A DNA stretch of 64,000 bases from Terriglobales bacterium (GTDB taxonomy: Bacteria; Acidobacteriota; Terriglobia; Terriglobales; SCQP01), in assembly GCA_050747745.1 (NCBI GenBank), contig JBOGKM010000029.1:8993-72992 (forward strand), read 5' to 3'. Positions 46,193-57,123 of the stretch are shown one piece after another. The notes beneath the pieces are model-generated. The model ran no database searches and had not been told where the DNA came from. It saw only the letters and a program-made list of their open reading frames with translations. The first letter of the stretch is position 1. Each line of letters opens with the position of its first letter. Both the position numbers and the translations under genes were made by a program.

Positions 46193-46890
46193 TGAACAAG
46201 CGAGTGCGCTCTATTCCCGTGATGGTTCTGGCGGCAGGCCTGGTGCTGGCGCTGGTGCCGCGGCTGCATGCCCAGAAAGCATTGCAGCGGCTCCAGCGCT
46301 CGGCGAAAGTGTTTCAGGAGATCATGAACGCTCCCGACGGGGGCATTCCCGACATCATCCTCCAGCATGCCCAGTGCGTGATGATCGTGCCCGGCTACAA
46401 GCGCGCGGGCTTCGGATTTGGCGGAGCTCTGGGCCGAGGCGTGGTCACCTGCCGCGTGCCGGCGGGACAGGGGCATGCGGCGGGCTGGTCCGCGCCGCTG
46501 TTTGTCAGCCTGGGCGGGGTCAGCTTCGGGCTGCAGATCGGCGCTCAGGAAAGCGACGTAGTGATGTTGATCATGAACCGCGACGGCGAAACCCATCTGC
46601 TGCACGACCGGGTGACCCTGGGCGGTGACATGGCCGCCACCGCCGGACCGGTCGGGCGCGAAGCGGATGCGCAAACCGATGCCAGTCTGCACGCAAAAAT
46701 GCTGGCCTATTCGCGCAGCAAAGGCCTGTTCGGCGGCATCACCATCAAGGGCGGCGTAATCAAACAGGACCACGACAGCAACGAATGGCTGTATAAAAAC
46801 GCCACCGCGCGACAGATTCTCGATGGCGAAGTCGCGCGGCCTGCTGCGGCCAGCAGCCTGATCGCCGAGCTCAGCCACCGCGGGGACTGA
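46192..46890 (+). CDS. Secreted SYLF (DUF500/Ysc84-like) lipid-binding domain protein
   Basis: Signal peptide. 'IPDIILQHAQCVMIVPGYKRAGFGFGGALGRGVV', 'WSAPLFVSLGGVSFGLQIGAQESDVVMLIMN' and 'TLGGDMAATAGPVGR' form the SYLF pattern. Confidence 0.8.
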   Translation: MNKRVRSIPVMVLAAGLVLALVPRLHAQKALQRLQRSAKVFQEIMNAPDGGIPDIILQHAQCVMIVPGYKRAGFGFGGALGRGVVTCRVPAGQGHAAGWSAPLFVSLGGVSFGLQIGAQESDVVMLIMNRDGETHLLHDRVTLGGDMAATAGPVGREADAQTDASLHAKMLAYSRSKGLFGGITIKGGVIKQDHDSNEWLYKNATARQILDGEVARPAAASSLIAELSHRGD

Positions 46891-46904
46891 CGTAGGAGTT
46901 GCTC

Positions 46905-49900
46905 CTAGCTGGTGCGGGTGACGGGTTCGGTGGGGGCGGTGAGCCAAGCGAGCAGCCGGCTAGTCTCCGCCAGGACGGCGGCCGCACCAGTGACGGCAAA
47001 GGGGAGTTTCAGCGTGCCCTCGGGAGTGAACTGTGCGCCGCAATGGCGCTCGACCAGCTCCGCGATGCGCTGCGGGTCCACGCGCGCCTGCGGGGTAAAG
47101 CGCAGCCAAAGCTGATCGCGCCGCCGCTCCAGGCTGGTGAGGCCGAGCTGGCGGCAGCGCGGGCGCAGGGCGGCGTAGGCGAGCAGGTTTTCCACCGTCG
47201 CCGGCGGCGCGCCATAGCGGTCGCGTAGCTCGCGCACGACATCGTCGCGGGCGGCATCGTTTTCCGCTTCTGCCAGGCGCTTGTACATGCGCAGGCGCTG
47301 ATTCTCTTCGGGCACGTACTCGGGCGGGATGCGGATGTCGAGGCCGAGCTGCAACTGAACGTCGGTGGCGGCCTCAACGGCTTCGCCTTTCAGTTCGCGT
47401 ACCGTCTGTTCCAGCATTTGCACGTAGAGATCGAAGCCGACGGCGTCGAGATTGCCGCTCTGCTCGCCGCCCAGCAAATTGCCGGCGCCGCGCAACTCGA
47501 GATCCAAAGCCGCAATTTTAAAGCCGGCGCCCAGGTCGCTGAATTCGCGCATGGCGGCCAGGCGCTTGCGCGCCAGCGGCGGCAGTTCGACTTCGGCGGG
47601 CACCAACAGGAAGGCGTAGGCGCGGCGGTTGGAGCGGCCTACACGGCCGCGCAACTGGTACAGTTCGCTCAGGCCGAGCCGATCGGCGCGGTTGATGATG
47701 ATGGTGTTGGCGAGAGGGATGTCGAGGCCGTTTTCAATAATGGTGGTCGACAGCAGAATATCGGCTTCATGCTGCACGAAGCGGAGCATGACCTTTTCCA
47801 GCTCCTCTTCCGGCAGCTGGCCGTGGCCGACGGCGATACGAGCCGCCGGCGCCAGCCGCTGCAGCATCGCCGCGACTTCCCAGATGGCGTCCACGCGGTT
47901 GTGGACAAAATAGACCTGGCCGCCGCGCGATAATTCCTGCTGCAGCGCATCGCTGATCAGCTTTTCGCTCCACGCCGCTACCATCGTCTGAATTGCCAGG
48001 CGATCGCGCGGCGGGGTCTCGATCACGGATAGGTCGCGCAGCCCGGCCAGCGACATGTTGAGCGTGCGCGGGATGGGCGTGGCCGACAGCGACAGTACAT
48101 GCACCTCTTTTTTCAACTGCTTCAGGCGTTCCTTGTGGCGCACCCCGAATCGTTGCTCCTCGTCCACGACGAGCAGTCCCAGGTTTTGGAATTTGACGTC
48201 CTTGGACAGCAGGCGGTGCGTGCCGATGACGATGTCGCACTGGCCGTGCGCCAGCCGCTCCAGCGTTTGTTTCTGCTGGGTGCGGGTACGGAAGCGACTG
48301 AGCAATTCGACCGTGACCGGAAAGGCACGGAAACGCTGGCGGAAGGTCTGCTCGTGCTGGAAAGCGAGCACCGTGGTAGGCGCCAGCACGGCGACCTGGC
48401 GCCCTTCCGCCACTACCTTGAACGCGGCCCGCATGGCGACCTCGGTTTTGCCATAGCCGACGTCGCCGACCACCAGCCGGTCCATGGGACGGGAGTTTTC
48501 CAGATCCTGGCGCACATCGGCGATGGCCTTGGCCTGGTCCTCGGTTTCGGAGTAGGGGAATGCATCCTGAAATTCGTGCTGCACGTGGTCGTCGGGAGCG
48601 CAGGCGGGCACGCGCACCGCGTGGCGGGCGGCATAGAGCTTCAGCAGTTCGTCGGCAATGTCCCGCATGGCGCGCTTGACGCGGCTTTTGCGTTGCGCCC
48701 ATTGCGTGCCGCCGAGGCGGTCGAGGACGGCGGCGGCGCCATTCGCGCTCCGGTATTTCTGTACCAGATCCATGCGGGTCAGAGGCACGTAGAGCTTGGC
48801 GGCATCGGCATATTCCAGGATCATGAACTCGCCGCTTCGGGCAGCGGCCGCACCGGCCTCAAATTCCTTGAGGCCGGCGTAGCGCCCGATGCCGTGCTCG
48901 ACGTGCACCACGAAATCCCCCGGGACCAGGTCGCGAAAGTCGCTGAGGAAGGTGGAGATATGGGTACGGCGGTCTGGCGGAGCGTAAGTGCGCAACGTAT
49001 CATCGGGAAACAGATCGTTGACGCCGAAAATCGTGAAATGCTGCCCGGGCAGGCTGAAGCCGTGCCGCAGCCGCCCCTGCGCAATGATCGCCGCCGGGCC
49101 GGCAGCAGTAAAGAAGGCCTTTTCTGACAGGTAGTCCACGCCCGAGCGGCGCGAGCGCGAGCCGAACTGAAAGGAGAGCTTATATGCGGTGAACAAATCG
49201 CCCAGGCGTTCCACTTCCCCCGCGTTGGCGCCCAGAAACACCAGCCGCTCGCCACCTTCCAGCGCCGCGCGCGATTCCTCCACCAGGCGCGTGACTGCGC
49301 CCTGATAACGCGGTGCGGGACGGGAATGGTACTCGACGGTTCGCGCCGGCGCCGGAGTTGCCGCACCCAATTCCAGCGCTTCGGCTGCCAGCTCGATCGT
49401 CTCGACGCGCAGCTCGCGCATCGAGATGACGGGAAGCCGGGCAAGATGCTGCTGCATTTGCCCGGGGGTGAAGAAAACCGTTTCCGGATCGGGGCCGACC
49501 TGCGGCTGATAGCGCTCACGCAGGCGTTTCCACCAGCGTTCCAGCTCCGCTTGTACCGCCTCGGGCTCACTCACGATCACCAGCGGTCGCTCCGCCAGCT
49601 CGAACAAATACCGGTCGAAGCCTTCGAGCGCGGCAACCCGGAACTCCCAGCCGGGCGCGGGCGCCTCGCCCAGCATTTCGCGCAAATGCGGCGCCAGCGG
49701 CAGCGAGGTCAGCGGCAGCAGCAGCGCCTGCTCGACGGCGCCGGTGGAACGCTGGGTGGCCGGATCAAACTCACGCAGGGATTCGATTTCGTCTCCGAAC
49801 ATTTCCAGGCGGATGGGCCGCGCCGCTTCCGGACTGAACATATCCAACAGGCCGCCGCGAATGGAGAACTGGCCCGGCATTTCCACCGGGTCCTGGCGCT

Positions 49901-50420
49901 GGTAGCCCATCCACTGCAACTGTTCCGTCAGGCCGGATGAATCCACCACGTCGCCTTGCCGCAGCCGCCGGACCAGGCGGCGGTAGAAATCCGGATGCGG
50001 CAGGCGAGTTGCCGCAGCCACTGCTGGCGCCAGCAGCAGCGGCGAACCTTCGACCCAGCGCCACAGCGCAAGCGCGCGTTGCTCCAGAACCTCCGGGTGC
50101 GGCGAGAGACCTTCGTAGGGATCCACGGCAAACGTGGGTAACACCAACGGGCGATCTTCATCGCTGCTGGCCGCCCCGGTGAGCTCGGCAAACGATGCCA
50201 TACCCTCGAGCCAGTCCTCGGCCGTGTGGTTGTCGGGAACGATGAACAGTACCTGACGCCGCGTCAGGCGCTGCAACTGGGCCGCAGCCAGGAGCTGGGC
50301 AGGCGGGGTGAGTCCGCTGAGTTCCACCCGTTCTCCCGCGCTCCAGGCAGATTGCACCCGCGCCAGCGGGCCTTGCCGCGCCAGCGTCTCCAGCAGCTCA
50401 CGCACAAACGCCAACGTCAT
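46905..50420 (-). CDS. mfd: Transcription-repair coupling factor
   Basis: 1171 aa. CarD/TRCF RID region 'GDFVVHVEHGIGRY', helicase motifs 'MDRLVVGDVGYGKTEVAMRA', 'LLVVDEEQRFG', 'LSLSATPIPRTL' and 'QLRGRVGRS', and a TRCF C-terminal domain. Confidence 0.95.
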   Translation of the reverse strand: MTLAFVRELLETLARQGPLARVQSAWSAGERVELSGLTPPAQLLAAAQLQRLTRRQVLFIVPDNHTAEDWLEGMASFAELTGAASSDEDRPLVLPTFAVDPYEGLSPHPEVLEQRALALWRWVEGSPLLLAPAVAAATRLPHPDFYRRLVRRLRQGDVVDSSGLTEQLQWMGYQRQDPVEMPGQFSIRGGLLDMFSPEAARPIRLEMFGDEIESLREFDPATQRSTGAVEQALLLPLTSLPLAPHLREMLGEAPAPGWEFRVAALEGFDRYLFELAERPLVIVSEPEAVQAELERWWKRLRERYQPQVGPDPETVFFTPGQMQQHLARLPVISMRELRVETIELAAEALELGAATPAPARTVEYHSRPAPRYQGAVTRLVEESRAALEGGERLVFLGANAGEVERLGDLFTAYKLSFQFGSRSRRSGVDYLSEKAFFTAAGPAAIIAQGRLRHGFSLPGQHFTIFGVNDLFPDDTLRTYAPPDRRTHISTFLSDFRDLVPGDFVVHVEHGIGRYAGLKEFEAGAAAARSGEFMILEYADAAKLYVPLTRMDLVQKYRSANGAAAVLDRLGGTQWAQRKSRVKRAMRDIADELLKLYAARHAVRVPACAPDDHVQHEFQDAFPYSETEDQAKAIADVRQDLENSRPMDRLVVGDVGYGKTEVAMRAAFKVVAEGRQVAVLAPTTVLAFQHEQTFRQRFRAFPVTVELLSRFRTRTQQKQTLERLAHGQCDIVIGTHRLLSKDVKFQNLGLLVVDEEQRFGVRHKERLKQLKKEVHVLSLSATPIPRTLNMSLAGLRDLSVIETPPRDRLAIQTMVAAWSEKLISDALQQELSRGGQVYFVHNRVDAIWEVAAMLQRLAPAARIAVGHGQLPEEELEKVMLRFVQHEADILLSTTIIENGLDIPLANTIIINRADRLGLSELYQLRGRVGRSNRRAYAFLLVPAEVELPPLARKRLAAMREFSDLGAGFKIAALDLELRGAGNLLGGEQSGNLDAVGFDLYVQMLEQTVRELKGEAVEAATDVQLQLGLDIRIPPEYVPEENQRLRMYKRLAEAENDAARDDVVRELRDRYGAPPATVENLLAYAALRPRCRQLGLTSLERRRDQLWLRFTPQARVDPQRIAELVERHCGAQFTPEGTLKLPFAVTGAAAVLAETSRLLAWLTAPTEPVTRTS

Positions 50421-50532
50421 AGAAACGGGCAGCGGGTTTTCATTTTAGCAGACGCGCGCGAACCGGCGCCGTGACGGCCAGCGGAAGCGGGCTAATCCGA
50501 ACTAAACTAAGGCTAAGCAGTGAGCCCTCGCG

Positions 50533-51456
50533 ATGCACGAACATTCTCATGCCGGGCACACGCACGGCGTTCGCAGCCACCACATGCGGCTGTTTTTGAC
50601 CATCAGCGCGCTGGTGACACTGGCTTACGTTGTGGTGGCATTCGTGGTGGGGTTGCAAGCCCACTCGCTGGCTCTGGTGTCGGAAGCCGGGCACAACCTG
50701 ACCGATTTTCTGGCTCTGGCGCTGACCTGGGTGGGTGTGTACTTTCAAGCCAAGCCGCCGGCTGGCAGCAAGACCTTCGGATTCCAGCGCGCCGGGGTGC
50801 TCACCGCCCTGGTCAACGTGGTGACGCTGTTTGTGATTACCGTGCTGATCGTAATCGAAGCGGTCGCGCGCTTGCGTTCGCCCACAGCGGTGGCCACCGG
50901 GCCGATGTTGTGGGTGGCCGTGGCGGGGCTGGTGATGAACACCGCCATCGCCTGGTTTTTGGAGCATGGACGCAGCGACGTCAACTTGCGGGCGGCATTC
51001 CTGCACATGGTCGGCGACGCCTGCGCCACGGCGCTGGTGGTGGTGGGCGCGATCGTGATTGCCGCCACCGGCTGGGAAGTGGTGGATCCGATCCTGTCGC
51101 TGGTGATCGCGGCGCTGATTCTGGCCAGCGGCTGGGGCATTTTCCTCGACACGCTCAACATTCTGCTGGAAGGCGCGCCGCGCGGCGTAAAGCCGCGCGA
51201 GGTGGAGCAGGCACTGGCGGGAATGGCCGGCGTCGAGGCGGTGCACGACCTGCACATCTGGAGCCTAGGTTCGCAGTCGCATGCGCTCAGCGCCCACGTG
51301 CGCATTGCTGACGTACAGGTGTCCGCCAGCGAAATCATCCGCGAACAGCTCGTTGCGCTGCTGGACGAGCGCTACCACATCCACCACGCCACGCTGCAAT
51401 TTGAAACCAGCGCCGCCTGCGACGGCTGCCGCATGGGCGCGGGGGACGGGGAATAG
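50533..51456 (+). CDS. Cation diffusion facilitator family transporter (CzcD/ZitB-like)
   Basis: His-rich N-terminus 'MHEHSHAGHTHG'. Six TM helices with metal-site motifs 'EAGHNLTDFLA' and 'LHMVGDA'. Cytoplasmic domain 'VHDLHIWSL'. Confidence 0.92.
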   Translation: MHEHSHAGHTHGVRSHHMRLFLTISALVTLAYVVVAFVVGLQAHSLALVSEAGHNLTDFLALALTWVGVYFQAKPPAGSKTFGFQRAGVLTALVNVVTLFVITVLIVIEAVARLRSPTAVATGPMLWVAVAGLVMNTAIAWFLEHGRSDVNLRAAFLHMVGDACATALVVVGAIVIAATGWEVVDPILSLVIAALILASGWGIFLDTLNILLEGAPRGVKPREVEQALAGMAGVEAVHDLHIWSLGSQSHALSAHVRIADVQVSASEIIREQLVALLDERYHIHHATLQFETSAACDGCRMGAGDGE

Positions 51457-51494
51457 GAGATAGGGACAGGGGAACTGAAACTCCTGCCGCCGGT

Positions 51495-54026
51495 CTAATT
51501 CACGAGTGGTGGCTGGTCGGCGTTGCCGTTGGCTTCCGCTTCTTCCGGGGGCAGGACGCTGGCGGCGGCGACCTGGTCGCCCTCCTCCAGGCGCAAGATG
51601 CGCACGCCCTGGCTGGCGCGGCCGACTTCGCGGATTGAGCTGCTGCCGCAGCGGATGATCTTGCCCTGCTGGGAAATGATCATCACCTCGGGAGCCTCGC
51701 TCACCGCCATTACCGCCACCACTTTGCCGTTGCGGGCGGTGGTTTTCAGGTTGATCACGCCCGAGCCGCCGCGCGACTGCAGCCGGTACTCGGAAAGGGA
51801 AGTGCGCTTGCCGTAGCCGCCTTCGGTGACGCTGAGGATGAGCTGACCGGGGTCGCTGGCCACTTCCATGCCCACGATGAAGTCGCCTTCGTCCAGCCGC
51901 ATGCCGCGCACGCCCGCCGCGGTACGGCCCATCGAGCGCACACCCGATTCCGGGAAGCGAATGCTCTGGCCCTCGTGTGTGGCCAGGAAGATTTCACTCC
52001 TGCCGTCGCTGAGGTTGGCGTTCACCAGCTCGTCGCCCTTATCCACACCCATGGCGATGATGCCGCGCGCCATGGGATTGGAGAAGTCCTGGACACGGGT
52101 TTTCTTGATTGTGCCCTGGCGCGTGACCATGACAATGAATTCGTTCTGGCTTTCCAGACCCTTGATGGGCAGCATTGAGCGCATTTCCTCGCCCGGTTGC
52201 AGCGCCACCAGGCTCTGCACCGCCTTGCCCTTGCTGGCCGCGCCGGCGTCTGGAATTTCATAAACCTTGAGCCAGTACACGCGGCCGGTGTTCGTAAACA
52301 CCAGGATGTAGCTGTGGGTGGAGGAGACGAACAGATGCTCCACGAAATCCTCTTCGCGCGTGCCCGCGCCGCGCCGCCCGCTGCCGCCGCGGCGCTGTTG
52401 GCGGTAGGTGGAAATCGGCGTGCGCTTGAGATAGCCGGAATGGGTGACGGTGATGGCGACGGTTTCTTCCTTGATGAGATCCTCGAGCGCGATTTCCGCC
52501 ACCGCTTCCTGGATTTCGGTGCGGCGCGGATCCTTGTCGCCGCCGTAGTTCTTGCGGATTTCCTTGAGTTCATCGGCAATCGCGCCGCGCAGTTTCTTGT
52601 CGCTGGCCAGAATGGATTCCAACTCGGCGATGAGCTTGCGGATTTCGTTCATCTCGTCGAGAATCTTCTGTTGCTCCATGCCGGTGAGCCGGTGCAATTG
52701 CAGATCGAGGATGGCCTGCGCCTGCCGCTCGGTGAGCTCGAAGCGCGCCACCAGGCCCTCGCGCGCCTCGCGCGGACTGGACGAAGCGCGGATCAGCTTG
52801 ATGACCGCGTCGAGATGATCGAGGGCAATCTTGTAGCCCTCCAACACATGTTCGCGCTCGCGCGCCTTGCGCAGCTCGAACAGGCTGCGGCGGCGCACCA
52901 CGTCCACCCGGTGATCGAGGAAGAGCTGGATGGCCTGGCTCAGGCCCAACTCGCGCGGCTGGCCGTTGACCACCGCCAGCAGGATCATGCCAAAACTGGA
53001 CTGCAGCGCAGTGTGTTTATAAAGCTGATTGAGGATCAGCTCCGGCTGTTCGCCGCGCTTGAGCTCGAGCACGACCCGCATGCCGTCGCGGTCGCTTTCG
53101 TCGCGAATGTCGCCGATTCCTTCAATGCGTTTTTCCTGTACCAGCTCGGCCATCCGCTCGATCAGGCGCGCCTTGTTCACCTGGTAGGGAATTTCGGTGA
53201 CGACGATGGCCTTGCGGTCTTTGCCGACGTTTTCGGTGGCGGCGCGGGCGCGGACGACGAACGAGCCGCGTCCGGTGGCGTAGGCCTGGGCGATGCCGCC
53301 GTTGCCGAAAATGATGCCGCCAGTCGGGAAATCCGGTCCCTTCACATGCTGCATCAGATCGGCCAGGGAGGCCTTGGGATTGCGCAGCAGCTCGAGCGAG
53401 GCATCGAGGATTTCGGTCAGGTTGTGGGGTGGAATCTTAGTCGCCATGCCGACGGCAATGCCATCGGAACCGTTGATGAGCAGGTTGGGAATGCGGGTGG
53501 GCAACACCAGCGGTTCCTGCGTGGATTCATCGAAATTGGGCGCCATGTCCACGGTGTCCTTGTCGATGTCACGCAGCATTTCCTCGGCGATTTTCGTGAG
53601 CCGGGCTTCGGTGTAGCGATAGGCTGCGGGCGGATCCCCGTCCACCGAACCGAAATTGCCCTGACCATCCACCAACAGGTAGCGCAGGTTGAAATCCTGC
53701 GCCATGCGCACCAGCGCGTCGTATACAGGCGCATCGCCGTGAGGATGATACTTCTTGAGCACTTCGCCCACCACGCCGGCGCACTTCGAGAATTTCTTAT
53801 TCGAAAGCAGACCTTCGCTGTACATGGCGTAGAGAATGCGCCGATGCACCGGCTTGAGGCCGTCGCGCACATCGGGCAGGGCACGGCCGACGATGACCGA
53901 CATGGCGTAGTCGAGATACGAGCGCCGCATCTCGTCTTCGATGTTGACGGGCTGGTAGGGCTTGCCCACGGGCGGTTCGTTGCCGCCACCGGCGGGAAGT
54001 GGAAGCTGGTTCTCATCATCAGGCAT
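51495..54026 (-). CDS. gyrA: DNA gyrase subunit A
   Basis: '[32 protein letters not shown]', 'HPHGD' and '[10 protein letters not shown]' (catalytic Tyr region). C-terminal beta-pinwheel repeats with a GyrA-box-like '[10 protein letters not shown]'. Confidence 0.97.
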   Translation of the reverse strand: MPDDENQLPLPAGGGNEPPVGKPYQPVNIEDEMRRSYLDYAMSVIVGRALPDVRDGLKPVHRRILYAMYSEGLLSNKKFSKCAGVVGEVLKKYHPHGDAPVYDALVRMAQDFNLRYLLVDGQGNFGSVDGDPPAAYRYTEARLTKIAEEMLRDIDKDTVDMAPNFDESTQEPLVLPTRIPNLLINGSDGIAVGMATKIPPHNLTEILDASLELLRNPKASLADLMQHVKGPDFPTGGIIFGNGGIAQAYATGRGSFVVRARAATENVGKDRKAIVVTEIPYQVNKARLIERMAELVQEKRIEGIGDIRDESDRDGMRVVLELKRGEQPELILNQLYKHTALQSSFGMILLAVVNGQPRELGLSQAIQLFLDHRVDVVRRRSLFELRKAREREHVLEGYKIALDHLDAVIKLIRASSSPREAREGLVARFELTERQAQAILDLQLHRLTGMEQQKILDEMNEIRKLIAELESILASDKKLRGAIADELKEIRKNYGGDKDPRRTEIQEAVAEIALEDLIKEETVAITVTHSGYLKRTPISTYRQQRRGGSGRRGAGTREEDFVEHLFVSSTHSYILVFTNTGRVYWLKVYEIPDAGAASKGKAVQSLVALQPGEEMRSMLPIKGLESQNEFIVMVTRQGTIKKTRVQDFSNPMARGIIAMGVDKGDELVNANLSDGRSEIFLATHEGQSIRFPESGVRSMGRTAAGVRGMRLDEGDFIVGMEVASDPGQLILSVTEGGYGKRTSLSEYRLQSRGGSGVINLKTTARNGKVVAVMAVSEAPEVMIISQQGKIIRCGSSSIREVGRASQGVRILRLEEGDQVAAASVLPPEEAEANGNADQPPLVN

Positions 54027-54169
54027 AAAGCCTTATTTTACCATAGCTTAGCTCCGCATTGCACGCAAAATACCGAGGAACCTGGCGGGTCCGTCAGGGC
54101 AGGCGCAGCCAGTGGCGCAGGCGCGCCAAGCCGGTACCGTAGGGTGTGAAGGGCTGGATGAGGTCCAAG

Positions 54170-56794
54170 TCATCTTCGTTGGCGCCTGTACCATAAGTCA
54201 CAGTCTTGCCATCGGGCGCCAGCGTGACGTGAATGCCGGGCAGCAGCCAGGAGTTCGGCGGCCGCGCCGTGCGTGACGGTTCCATACAGTGCGCGGCTGT
54301 CGGCAGAAAATGTCCAGCCGTTGAGTGGCAAGCGGGTGAGCGTGCGCTCGCCAGAACCATCCGGCGAGATCATGTGAATCGAGCCGACGCCGGCTGCAAA
54401 AGCGATCCATTTGCCATCCGGCGACCAGGCGGGCCCGCCTTGCGGTGCGGTTTCAGCCACTACGTGGGGCACAAAGACGCGTGGGGCCGCGCCGCCCGTG
54501 GTCGCGACCACCATCAACCGGTTAGCCGGCCCGGCAGTGCTGAGATAGACGATTTGGCTGCCGTCCGGCGACCAGCAGGGCGCCGATTGGTAGTCCTTGG
54601 CGGGGGCGGTTAGCGGTACTGCCGGCCCGCCCGCCACCGAAGCTACCCACAACCGGGAAGGTTGTGGCAGCGAGCCGCGAGCTGTGGGGGTGAAAGTGAA
54701 CGCGACTCGGTGCGCGTGGGGAGAAAGCGCGGGGAGCTGGTAATACCCTATTGCCCCCATTTGCGCCAGCCCTACCAACTCTCGGTCGCTGACGCCACTT
54801 GAGGATTGCCGGCGAATCCAAATCGCATCCTCGCCGTCGCGATCAGTGACGTAAACCAGCGCGGATGCGTCGGCCGCCCAAGCCGGCATGCTTTGGTTGT
54901 GGACCGAAGCAATGAGCGTTCGCACTGCGGCCGTATGTACGTCCGCCGACACGATGTTGAATTTTCCGAAGGACCGATCAAGGGCCAGAGCATTGCCTTG
55001 CGGAGAAAGCGTGGCCAGATAGCCGGCCGAAATGCCCTGCATCAGCAAGTGCATCCGTCCCGACTCCAGGTCCGCCTCCCACAGCTTCGAACCGCCAGTT
55101 TGAGAATCAGCCGAAATAAGAATATGCCTTCCGTCCGGCATCCAGGTCATTCGGGCAAAGTCGCGCGGTGGCAAATTGGCCAGCACCGGCCGCGGCGGAT
55201 GCGCGGCTGAGGGCGGAAATGGCAGCACCCAGGTGCGGGTCGGGCCTTGCGCGTCGGGCAGCAACAGCAGCAATTTGCTTCCGTCCGGCGAGAACGCCAG
55301 CGATGGGAAATCGCTCAGCGCCGCCACTGCGAACGGCGCCGGCTTGTACCAGCGCAGTGGCGCGCCGATTGGGCTGCCGTAAGCCAAGCCGAGCTTGCCA
55401 TCCGGTTGCGGCAGCAGTGCGGCAACCACATTACCGCGGGCGGCGTAGGCTTCGGCTCCGCTGCCGGGCGCCGCCGGAAATTTCATGAGCAGGCGCGGCT
55501 GCCCGCCCACCGCCGCCACAGACCAAATTGACGGTGTGTTGAATGGATCTTCCACAAGGAGAATGCTCCGGCCATCCGCGCTCCATGCCAGTGGTGCCGC
55601 CATCTCCGGCATGTGGGTGAGCTGCAGCGGCGACGGGTCGCCGTAGCGGTAGATATAAACCTGGCCCGGACTTGCACTATCGGGCTGAGCCGCGTAGGCG
55701 AGGGCGCGGCCATCGGCCGACCAAACCGGGACGAAGTTATAGCCCGGGCCATTTAGCGTGAGCGTCCGGTAGGCGCTTGCCGAAAGGGTGGGCGTGCCGC
55801 GGTCCAGCATGAGCAAAGCGCATATGCCGGCGGTGATCACCACCGCAATGGCGATCCAGAGCGGCGTGCGCCAGCCACGCCGTGCCGGCTTGGACTTGCC
55901 GGAGGCGGAGGCAAGCGCGCTCAGGTTGGTGCTCGATTGATCGCTGAGTCCGGCGAGGGCGAACTCCAGATCCGCCGCGCTCTGAAAGCGCTGGCGCGGG
56001 TTCTTCTCCAGGCAGCGGCGCACGATGCGATTCAGCGACGGCGGCGCGGCAGAATCGGCTGCGGTGATCTCAGGCGGCTCCTCGCGCAGGATGGCGGTCA
56101 TGGTTTCCGCCGCAGTGGGCGCTTGGAAAGCTCGGCGGCCGGCCAGCAGCTCGTAGGTAATGGCACCGAAGGAGAAGATGTCGGCCGGTGTGTCGACCGT
56201 CTCGCCGCGCACCTGTTCGGGCGCCATATAGCCGACCGTGCCCATCACCGCGCCCGGAGCGGTCACCACGGCGGGCGAGGTCTCCGCCATGGTGTCCACT
56301 TCAGCCGCTACCGCCAGCGCCACCCGCGCCAGGCCAAAATCGAGGATCTTCACCCGCCCCTCGCTCGTGATCATGATGTTTTCCGGCTTCAGATCGCGGT
56401 GCACCACCCCAGCTGCATGCGCTGCCGCCAGACCTTGCGCCATCTGGCGAGCGTAATCGAGGGTCCGCCGCAGCGGTAATTTCCCTTGCCGCAGCCGCTC
56501 CCGCAGGGTTTCGCCCTCGAGCAGTTCCATGACCAGGAAAATGGCGCCCTGGTGCTCGCCCACGTCGTGGATGGCGACGAGGTTGGGGTGATTGAGTGCG
56601 GCCAGCGTCCGTGCTTCCTGCTCCAGGCGGCGCAGCAGCGCCGCATCGCTGCTGCCGCCCGCGCGCAGTACTTTGACGGCAACATCGCGTTTCAACCGCG
56701 TGTCGTGCGCGCGATAAACTTCGCCCATGCCGCCCGCACCCAGCAGCGCCACGATCTCATACGGTTCCAGCCGGGTTCCGGCGGGGAGCGACAT
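54170..56794 (-). CDS. Ser/Thr protein kinase with TM helix and TolB/PD40-like beta-propeller; the 3' end is probably frameshifted (continuation in frame of ORF 54094..54360)
   Basis: 'LLGAGGMGEVYRA', 'VAVKVL', 'HRDLKPENIM', 'DFGLA' and 'GTVGYMAPEQ'. TM segment 'LWIAIAVVITAGICALLML'. Multiple 'S.DG' propeller repeats. See the finding on the 3' end. Confidence 0.88.
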   Translation of the reverse strand: MSLPAGTRLEPYEIVALLGAGGMGEVYRAHDTRLKRDVAVKVLRAGGSSDAALLRRLEQEARTLAALNHPNLVAIHDVGEHQGAIFLVMELLEGETLRERLRQGKLPLRRTLDYARQMAQGLAAAHAAGVVHRDLKPENIMITSEGRVKILDFGLARVALAVAAEVDTMAETSPAVVTAPGAVMGTVGYMAPEQVRGETVDTPADIFSFGAITYELLAGRRAFQAPTAAETMTAILREEPPEITAADSAAPPSLNRIVRRCLEKNPRQRFQSAADLEFALAGLSDQSSTNLSALASASGKSKPARRGWRTPLWIAIAVVITAGICALLMLDRGTPTLSASAYRTLTLNGPGYNFVPVWSADGRALAYAAQPDSASPGQVYIYRYGDPSPLQLTHMPEMAAPLAWSADGRSILLVEDPFNTPSIWSVAAVGGQPRLLMKFPAAPGSGAEAYAARGNVVAALLPQPDGKLGLAYGSPIGAPLRWYKPAPFAVAALSDFPSLAFSPDGSKLLLLLPDAQGPTRTWVLPFPPSAAHPPRPVLANLPPRDFARMTWMPDGRHILISADSQTGGSKLWEADLESGRMHLLMQGISAGYLATLSPQGNALALDRSFGKFNIVSADVHTAAVRTLIASVHNQSMPAWAADASALVYVTDRDGEDAIWIRRQSSSGVSDRELVGLAQMGAIGYYQLPALSPHAHRVAFTFTPTARGSLPQPSRLWVASVAGGPAVPLTAPAKDYQSAPCWSPDGSQIVYLSTAGPANRLMVVATTGGAAPRVFVPHVVAETAPQGGPAWSPDGKWIAFAAGVGSIHMISPDGSGERTLTRLPLNGWTFSADSRALYGTVTHGAAAELLAAARHSRHAGARWQDCDLWYRRQRR

Positions 56795-57123
56795 CAGGGA
56801 AAGTGTAAATCAAGAAGACGAATTCCGGCGTGGTGAACACGGGGTTTTCCAGGCCGCGCGTTTTGCGCAACCCCCTGACGCCCAGACCCGCCCTCCCACC
56901 AGGCCAATCAGGATGCCGCCACCGAAGCCGAGCGCGAAATGGCTGGCGGCGAGCACCCAACGGCCCCAGCCATTGGTGTGGAAGTTCAACAGCGCCAAAA
57001 GATCAGCCCGCCGATGACGGCGATGGAAGCTGCCAGCTGCATAACCAACCGCGCCGCGCGGGTCGCCCGCGTTCAGAGACAGCCGCGGCGAGCTGTATAG
57101 CCCGGAGTAGCCTGAGTGTCGGA

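Noticed and set aside
52197-54149. 650-aa plus-strand ORF opposite gyrA, plus other large shadow ORFs (40104..41330, 41358..42887, 30698..32305, 61708..63087, 10201..11337, 11601..12836, 7057..8121, 18493..19575)
   Set aside because: Each runs antisense to a gene with strong motif support (GyrA, BNR propellers, Ig/LVIVD protein, FolP, CAX, BMC genes). Each has the low-complexity R/G/A/H bias of non-coding frames in GC-rich DNA.
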